Positions 32,386-38,711 of a stretch of DNA of 38,711 nt are shown here, one piece after another. Numbering within the stretch: the first letter of the stretch is position 1; each line of letters opens with the position of its first letter. Source of the stretch: Corallochytrium limacisporum Hawaii (lineage: Eukaryota; Protista; Pluriformea). The stretch covers positions 80,400 to 119,110 of the forward strand of contig PDIP01000101.1 in the NCBI GenBank assembly GCA_002811645.1. The letters are read 5' to 3'. The notes beneath the pieces were generated by a model. It had not been told where the DNA came from. It saw only the letters and a list, made by a program, of their open reading frames with translations, and made no database searches. The translations under genes were made by a program, and so were the position numbers.

Positions 32386-33375
32386 TTACTTGTTGCGCAT
32401 GGCTTGCCGGCGCGCCTTGCCGGGGCGCTTGGCAGCGGCACCGCCTTTCTTGCTGCCACCCTTATTTCGGGACATGAACCTTGGCAAAGCCTTGTTTCGG
32501 CCCATGTTAAAGTCATTGCCGGCGGCAAAACTTTCTTGAGTGTTCTGGGTAAACTTCTTGCGCTTGTTACCGCCACCGTACTTGCGATCCTTGGCTAGGC
32601 GCTTAGCATTCTTCTTCCCTCCAGCACTGGTAGGTCTTTCATCTTCGTTCTCGGCGCGGACGTTAAAGTCGTCCCCACCACTGATATCCAGAGCCCCGGC
32701 TGCCCTCTTATTCTGCATGAAGCGCTTGACTTCGTCCTCATTCTTACGCTTCTCGGCAGCGCGGTCCTTCTGCACCTGAATCTGTACCTGCTTTCCGAAT
32801 TTCTTCATCTTCCGAATCTGCGCAACTTTCTCGGAGCGTTCCACACGTTCTTTTTCAGCGGCTAGGTTGGCACGGACCTTGTGCATGTGTGCGTCGGTCT
32901 TAACCATCTCTGCATAATAGTCAGCTGGCCGACGGTGGGGTACGCCGTACTTCTCAAGATGTTTCTGTCCCTGAAGGGCACCGGCCAGGGCTTGGTTGTA
33001 GAAGCTGGTCTCACGGGCGAAATCGTCATGGATGTCCTCAATCTCTTCTTTTTCAACGGTCACTTCCAACCGCTCGACCCAGTGCTTCTCTGTGGCTGTG
33101 CAGAGCTCGTCAAGCTTCTCCTTCAGACCTGCCCGGTCGTACTTGTAGACTTTCTTCGATTCCCCATTCGCGACATTTTCATCGTCTTCTTCCTCTTCTT
33201 CATCCTCGGAGTCGACATCTTCGTCCTCGGAACCATCCTCACCCTCATAAACCTCATCATCAACATCCTCTCCAGGGATGGTATTCTCGTCGAAATCTTC
33301 CAATTCTTTCGGGTCGAGGTCTCCGGAGAGAATCTGTGCTACTTTCGTGGACAAATTGCGACGTTTTGTACTCAT
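32386..33375 (-). CDS. EBP2: rRNA-processing protein Ebp2
   Basis: Acidic N-terminus; DDFARETSFYNQAL; RPADYYAEMVKTDAHMHKV; KKFGKQVQ; KDRKYG; KRPGKARR. Confidence 0.95.
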   Translation of the reverse strand: MSTKRRNLSTKVAQILSGDLDPKELEDFDENTIPGEDVDDEVYEGEDGSEDEDVDSEDEEEEEDDENVANGESKKVYKYDRAGLKEKLDELCTATEKHWVERLEVTVEKEEIEDIHDDFARETSFYNQALAGALQGQKHLEKYGVPHRRPADYYAEMVKTDAHMHKVRANLAAEKERVERSEKVAQIRKMKKFGKQVQIQVQKDRAAEKRKNEDEVKRFMQNKRAAGALDISGGDDFNVRAENEDERPTSAGGKKNAKRLAKDRKYGGGNKRKKFTQNTQESFAAGNDFNMGRNKALPRFMSRNKGGSKKGGAAAKRPGKARRQAMRNK

Positions 33376-34079
33376 AGTTTATCAAATATTTGTTTGGTCT
33401 GTTTGTGTTTTCTTTAAAGTCTTATTTCGTAGGAATGCGTCCTATAATCGTGATATGAAAGCTGTTGTACCTTTTTCACTAATCTATTGGCGAACATAGC
33501 CGGAAACCGTACTACACAGTTTTTGGGTTCCATTGATCGGGGGCCAGGCCATGGTCCCTAAATATCACACAGAATGTTGACGATTACGCTCGCAATCTTG
33601 TAAGTGTCACCATATATCTTATCTCTTCATACGCATCAATTGAGAACAGCAAATTTTAAGTTTCTTCTGCTCCAGATCCTACGGTCACAGTGCGAGTAGT
33701 GGACTCGGCAGCCGACATTCACATCCGCCACGCGGGTCCCTCGAGGCGGGTTTTCGCGTTCCCTGCAGGGGTGGCCCCCCCCCTCCGAATCTCGTCCCAC
33801 CCGTCCGCTCCCCTCCCTCCCGTCCGAGGAGGGGGATCCGGTCCGGGGACCGGGAGATGGTTCGGACGTGAGCTGCTTGCTGTTGCGTAGTTTGTAACTT
33901 TTCTTGGCTCTTCGCGGCTCGCCACCTTCAGCAGCCTGACTTGTGAAAACCTGTTTAACAAAGATAAGCATCAAATTCGACAGGTGTTCAAATCTGCGCT
34001 GCGTGAAGTTTTACATCATTACAGATGGAGACGGCAAAAAGAAGCACCATGGGCAAAACGTAACATTCGCACGGCAGCC

Positions 34080-34763
34080 ATGTTGAGGCAGATGTTTATG
34101 ACCAATCCGGGCCGTTTGGCACGACATATTGGGCAGGATAAAGCTATTTTTTGGAATACGAAACGATGCATGGGATCCGACCCAAAGAAAATAGCCGAAA
34201 TATATCGGCTTCAGCAGCGAATCATTGGTAGTGCCAACACTATGAATACAGATGCGGACTTTGTCGAAGGTGAACGGGAGACAGGTTTAAGCGATGCAGA
34301 AATGGAGCGTCGTTTTAAGTGGATGGTAAAGACAAATAGATTTTGGAACCTTGACGAAGGATGGCAGTGGTGCTTGCCACAGCAGTGCTTCCGACGCATA
34401 CCCGAGGATGAGATCGAGGCCTGCCGCGAGCTCCTCGACCCAGAATGGTTCGAGATTTTTGTAGAAACGACTCCGAAAAAGGACTGGCAGGAGTTTCGCA
34501 TGTATCCTATGCACATCCTTGATTACGTACAGCAGTTTTTGCACAATCCAGTGAAGGGTCTAGAACCGTTTGGACCGAAAGACAAGGCGCGGGTCGCCCA
34601 CAAACGATTCGTCGAGACTGGTCTCCGAATCGATAAATTGCGGTCAGCATTCAAGAGGCACAAAGTGCTTACAGAAGACGACCTGAGGGAGCCGGATCCA
34701 CGCGACCCCAAAAAGATGTTGCCACGGGGCAAACAAGATGATGTCGGAATCTACGAGGGTTAG
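34080..34763 (+). CDS. Hypothetical protein, possibly mitochondrial
   Basis: 227-aa ORF from gccATG 34080 (the track opens at GTG 33984); globular composition; N-terminus MLRQMF..GRLAR...KRCM resembles a presequence; no family recognised. Confidence 0.7.
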   Translation: MLRQMFMTNPGRLARHIGQDKAIFWNTKRCMGSDPKKIAEIYRLQQRIIGSANTMNTDADFVEGERETGLSDAEMERRFKWMVKTNRFWNLDEGWQWCLPQQCFRRIPEDEIEACRELLDPEWFEIFVETTPKKDWQEFRMYPMHILDYVQQFLHNPVKGLEPFGPKDKARVAHKRFVETGLRIDKLRSAFKRHKVLTEDDLREPDPRDPKKMLPRGKQDDVGIYEG

Positions 34764-34966
34764 TAGCCCACCTCATTCCATGCTCTCATCACTCACCACC
34801 CTACCGCACGAAGCACTAGCATCGGCCCTCCGAACCCAATAGTACTGGAGTAGTAAATGACCTACCGATTCTGGCCTCCCTCCAATCGAAGGGGCAGACC
34901 AGGAATGGTTGCGCTCGGAAGCCAGGACAAAAACCAGGCAAAACAGAGTGCACCAAAACCTAAGTG

Positions 34967-35158
34967 ATGAAAAGTTTTACAGTGACATTGACAGAGAGCC
35001 GTGTCATGCGGAGACTCAACGCATATCTCCCTTTGACTGCGGTGGAGGACCAGGGCTTCGCGCCTTCGAAGCCGTTCGGAAAGTACGCGCCGTTCAAACC
35101 CACGGAGAGCGGTCAACTGCGCCACTACCGGAAGCCACAGCAGTCTATCGTCATTTAG
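34967..35158 (+). CDS. Possible 63-aa small ORF
   Basis: ATG with G at -3; mostly C/G third positions in its second half; lies in an unusually long convergent spacer; no homology recognised. Confidence 0.25.
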   Translation: MKSFTVTLTESRVMRRLNAYLPLTAVEDQGFAPSKPFGKYAPFKPTESGQLRHYRKPQQSIVI

Positions 35159-35324
35159 AGCATCGGCAAGCATGTCACATTGTCCGCAATAGCACAGGTT
35201 CTCTTATGTTGAAGCTTTAGTGCTCCTTGGCTTTTATTTAGAGTTCCGATTCTGGATACACTACTATTTCTATGATTTACTGTTCTTGTTCGGTACAATG
35301 ATTTGATAATCATGTGGTCTACCA

Positions 35325-36143
35325 TCAAGCCTCCTGTTTGCTCAGAATATATGGTGAGCAAAACTCGATGAGATCTGGCTTTTCTGCCTCACGCAGATGC
35401 TTGAAGCCCCCAATGTGGCCCCGGCAACTCTCCGTACCACAAAAACAGTCAAACTTGACATCCATGTCATACTCCGTCGTAGCGTAGTCAAAAGTCAACT
35501 GTTGTCCTTTCTTGATCGGTGCAAGCGTAACCACTCGGACAGCGACGCGCATTTCTCCGTTCTCTTCCTTGACCACGCGCAGCCAGCAGTTGGGTTCGCA
35601 ACTGTGGTTCAGGTAGGCCATAGGCCCGAGATGGTGGAATGGAATATGGTGTGTCTCGTCGAGCTGAACAGAGTGCATATCAGGGGTCGGCTGGGTCTCA
35701 CCGATCAAAAGAGTTGCAAGCTCTTCGCCAGCTTGAAAGTCCCGGGAGCTCCAGATACCCAGCTGGTTGTTGTCTTCACTGCGACGGACGGCAATGTCCA
35801 TACCCCATGGATTCTCCACAGGGCCCTCTGGTGGGTGGACCCCCGGACCGTGAAGATTGGCACTGTCAAGGATGCAGGTTGTTGCTGCAGGACAGCTCAG
35901 GAGGTTGGGTTTCGCGTCACGGAGACGCTGAAAGTATGCGGTCGTGGCTGCACTGGCCACGGACGTGGCAGTGCTCTGGCAGCGGATACGTGGCTTGTTG
36001 ATCCGCAAAGACTGTGCATTAACTACAGTGCGGAACGACCGAGTTGTCGTCTGCAAGCCAGAAACTTGGACTCTTGTAACTGCGGAGGCCGGTCTCGCTG
36101 CTCCAAGCTGCCGAAAACTCCTCAGGCCAATTGCTCGCATCAT
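35325..36143 (-). CDS. Small SET + post-SET lysine methyltransferase with N-terminal presequence
   Basis: GIWSSRDFQAGE, YLNHSCEPNC, IKKGQQLTFDY, post-SET FDCFCGTESCRG. ATG at 36143/36140. Confidence 0.88.
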   Translation of the reverse strand: MMRAIGLRSFRQLGAARPASAVTRVQVSGLQTTTRSFRTVVNAQSLRINKPRIRCQSTATSVASAATTAYFQRLRDAKPNLLSCPAATTCILDSANLHGPGVHPPEGPVENPWGMDIAVRRSEDNNQLGIWSSRDFQAGEELATLLIGETQPTPDMHSVQLDETHHIPFHHLGPMAYLNHSCEPNCWLRVVKEENGEMRVAVRVVTLAPIKKGQQLTFDYATTEYDMDVKFDCFCGTESCRGHIGGFKHLREAEKPDLIEFCSPYILSKQEA

Positions 36144-36569
36144 AATTGCTGCCTTTACCCTGTAATTATCCACAGTGCACACCCTGATCCCTCCTTGTCC
36201 TCAGGATTAGTAGACGACTGTTGTCATTCGAAATACCTTTGTAGAAGTTTGTCATTTATGAAGGGTTCATGCCTAGGAAACCGTCAGCCGTGCGTATCGC
36301 ATACGAGCGCACACTCCGCCGGCGGAGTTTGCACGGGGACAAAGGCTAAAGAAACGAACCCGAACCCAGTCCGGTGATGTAGTGTTACCTTAGATATCCG
36401 AAGTCCAAAGTAAAATGGCGTGACTTCGCCGGTGCCGACCCAAGGTTGGATCTTAGGGAGTATCTTCTACGGCTGTGCGCGCTTGTTTGTTGCGAGTTTC
36501 GGAACGAAACTGAAACGCCACGCGATTCTCGACCCATGGGCTTTTGGGGCCCAAGGGGGGGGGGGGGGG

Positions 36570-36832
36570 NNNNNNNNNNNNNNNNNNNNNNNNNNNNNNN
36601 NNNNNNNNNNNNNNNNNNNNNNNNNNNNNNNNNNNNNNNNNNNNNNNNNNNNNNNNNNNNNNNNNNNNNNNNNNNNNNNNNNNNNNNNNNNNNNNNNNNN
36701 NNNNNNNNNNNNNNNNNNNNNNNNNNNNNNNNNNNNNNNNNNNNNNNNNNNNNNNNNNNNNNNNNNNNNNNNNNNNNNNNNNNNNNNNNNNNNNNNNNNN
36801 NNNNNNNNNNNNNNNNNNNNNNNNNNNNNNNN
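36570..36832. other. Assembly gap
   Basis: N run with the same TGGGGCCCAA-G tract on both sides. Confidence 0.99.
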
Positions 36833-37286
36833 TGGGGCCCAAGGGGGGGGGGGGGAGGGTTCCGCTTCTGTTGTTTGATCTGAGATCAACAGGCACTCGT
36901 ACTGACAATACCAGAGAGTTTAGAAGGAGGGGGCGGTGGTGGTGACCAGGGGGACTCAAACACCACGCAATAGCGCAGCAATATGGGGGACACCCGAGCC
37001 AGAAATAGAAATGCGCATGATATCTCAAGTGCTTGGCGCGGGGGTTTTTTTTGGGCCGGGGGTGGTTTAGGAGGAAACGAGAAGCATGTGACTTGCCACC
37101 AGAGCGCACTTGCTGAACATGTGCGCTCGCTACAGATAAATTGTACCATGGCATGATAGACTTTGTGTTCGTAAGTTAAGAGGGAAAGAAGGTATCCGCG
37201 ACATTCTCAATAAGGCTGATAAGATGGCCATGGTGACTACGATGAAAACGATGTACGATGCGTATACTAAAATATTGATGGATGCT

Positions 37287-38123
37287 TTAGATGATGGCCC
37301 GAGCGGCAGATTGGACGAGGTAAAGTCCGATAAACACTGTGATGATACCGTATTCTCTGGCTTGCAGGCGCTTCATAACGTCCCGACGCATTTCCGGAAG
37401 TCGCAGTGCAGCTTGCAATTCTGCAGCACCTTGATAAGGAGTTTCTTCTGTGTCGTCCTGGTGCCTGCGGCGCCGTCTTACTCCGCTCGATGACGATGAT
37501 CCAGCGATGCCCTCCTTCTCAGCACCGGTAAGGCCATCGTCGTCGTCGCCACTTTCCTCCATCTCCCGCCGTAATTCCTCCGCCTCGCGATGGCGTTCTC
37601 TGCCCTTCAGATACCGCTGCCACATGCCAAGCGTCAGCGAATACGTCAGGTAGAACACTAGGCCAGAGACAGGATTCCGGGTAATGGCGAATGAGAGCAG
37701 AGTGGCAGTGTTAATTACCTTGCGTGGATAAGACGCTGCCACTGGTCCGATAATGATGCTATCAAAGTGGCTCGTATCAAAGATCAGAGCGGCGGCACCT
37801 GAAACAATGATTGCCGCAAATACAAACTCTGCTGCTGACCAACGTTCTACAATGCTCAGCATGTCCCAATAGCGAGGAAGTCCCGGTCCGTATACTGGAT
37901 TACATAATGAAAAGACTCTTAGTACCCGGTCGCAATCGTCAAAGGTAAGCATCGACTCATAGCCAAGGTACACTCCTGTAGTCAGTGGTTGTAATATCAA
38001 CATCCAGGCTACGAAAAAAAGCCAGAACATGTCAAATGCTGAGTCCAGGGCAGACTGAACACCATAGTGCCTGTGCAGCAGAGCATCCACTAGGCCTAAG
38101 GCCTTATCACGCTTACGCCCCAT
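37287..38123 (-). CDS. Hypothetical multi-pass membrane protein
   Basis: ORF from accATGG 38123; several hydrophobic segments, a charged loop (REAEELRREMEESGDDDD, RRRRR) and a C-terminal TM segment; no family recognised. Confidence 0.7.
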   Translation of the reverse strand: MGRKRDKALGLVDALLHRHYGVQSALDSAFDMFWLFFVAWMLILQPLTTGVYLGYESMLTFDDCDRVLRVFSLCNPVYGPGLPRYWDMLSIVERWSAAEFVFAAIIVSGAAALIFDTSHFDSIIIGPVAASYPRKVINTATLLSFAITRNPVSGLVFYLTYSLTLGMWQRYLKGRERHREAEELRREMEESGDDDDGLTGAEKEGIAGSSSSSGVRRRRRHQDDTEETPYQGAAELQAALRLPEMRRDVMKRLQAREYGIITVFIGLYLVQSAARAII

Positions 38124-38711
38124 GGTGAATACCTCCGTAGCTGCAGGGCAGACGAACAATTGATCTGCTGTGTCGGTACTCACCCTATTGCAGATAGTGA
38201 ACCATTAATCTTTTGTGAACAATAGCCATTCGCAGCTGGTCCCATTTACCTTCATCTATACCAAGGATCCAAATCTCCTACCCCGTTCAGTACAAGGTAT
38301 CGTCACGAACCTGCCATGGTTCCCCTCAAAACCCGTCCCAGCAGGATCACATCAATTCCATCCGGTCCCCCAGCTCTGGGATCTAGTTCACCCGCACCGC
38401 CCTCCCTTTCCCGCGCAAATAATCAAATTTGGACGGAGCAAGCTAAACTTCTCGAAATGGGGGCCTATTTACATCATGTTGATTCTTTTTTTAGGATGGG
38501 ATGCACCCAGCATCGCAAATGAGCAATTTGAGCGGGGGTCGGATTTAGTCAGCAAGCGCAGGGGGAGGGGTGGTTCATCCGCCACCCATCCAGGAAACGT
38601 CTCCCTTCCACGGACAGACCTTAAACCGCGGAGCGAGGGGAGCCTCTAAATGAGTAGCGGGTTTTGGTGGCGGCCTTGGGGGGGGGGGGGGGGTTTGGGC
38701 CAAAACTGGGG

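Noticed and set aside
2396-36143. Apparent clustering of mitochondrial genes (about 6 of 19) or mitotic genes (BUB1, ENSA, Sfi1-like)
   Set aside because: Interspersed with unrelated housekeeping genes; no evidence of a functional cluster.
35397-36377. 326-aa plus-strand ORF
   Set aside because: Antisense shadow of the SET gene; no recognisable protein features.
1-38711. tRNA, rRNA, CRISPR array, transposon, telomeric array or stop-codon recoding signals
   Set aside because: No cloverleaf, spaced direct repeats, transposase/RT ORF, terminal repeats or TGA-CTA readthrough context seen by eye. A tRNAscan/Rfam run would be needed to exclude small RNAs.

Overview
Gene-dense eukaryotic nuclear DNA with opisthokont/holozoan-like proteins, a purine at -3 of nearly every start codon, and no intron interrupting any coding region. 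There are 19 protein-coding genes, mostly in alternating convergent and divergent pairs: AIF-like oxidoreductase, bL34m, uL13/RPL13A, Rpt6, a full-motif MadBub (Bub1/BubR1) kinase, a stand-alone 90-aa ENT-domain protein, TM9SF, FOXRED1, endosulfine, bS18m, a PA-TM-RING ligase, a NUDT6-like hydrolase, a dienelactone hydrolase, a hotdog thioesterase ending in PTS1, an Sfi1-repeat protein, Ebp2, a SET/post-SET protein with an apparent mitochondrial presequence, and two orphans. Spacers containing a gene 5' end are long and carry G/C homopolymer tracts; convergent spacers are short and lack them. Three assembly gaps abut such tracts. I found no rRNA, tRNA, CRISPR array or transposon, and no clear multi-gene novel system. 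The best leads are single genes (ENT micro-protein, mitochondria-targeted SET, degenerate AIF) and the poly(dG:dC) promoter architecture. All family calls come from motif recognition by eye, not database searches.
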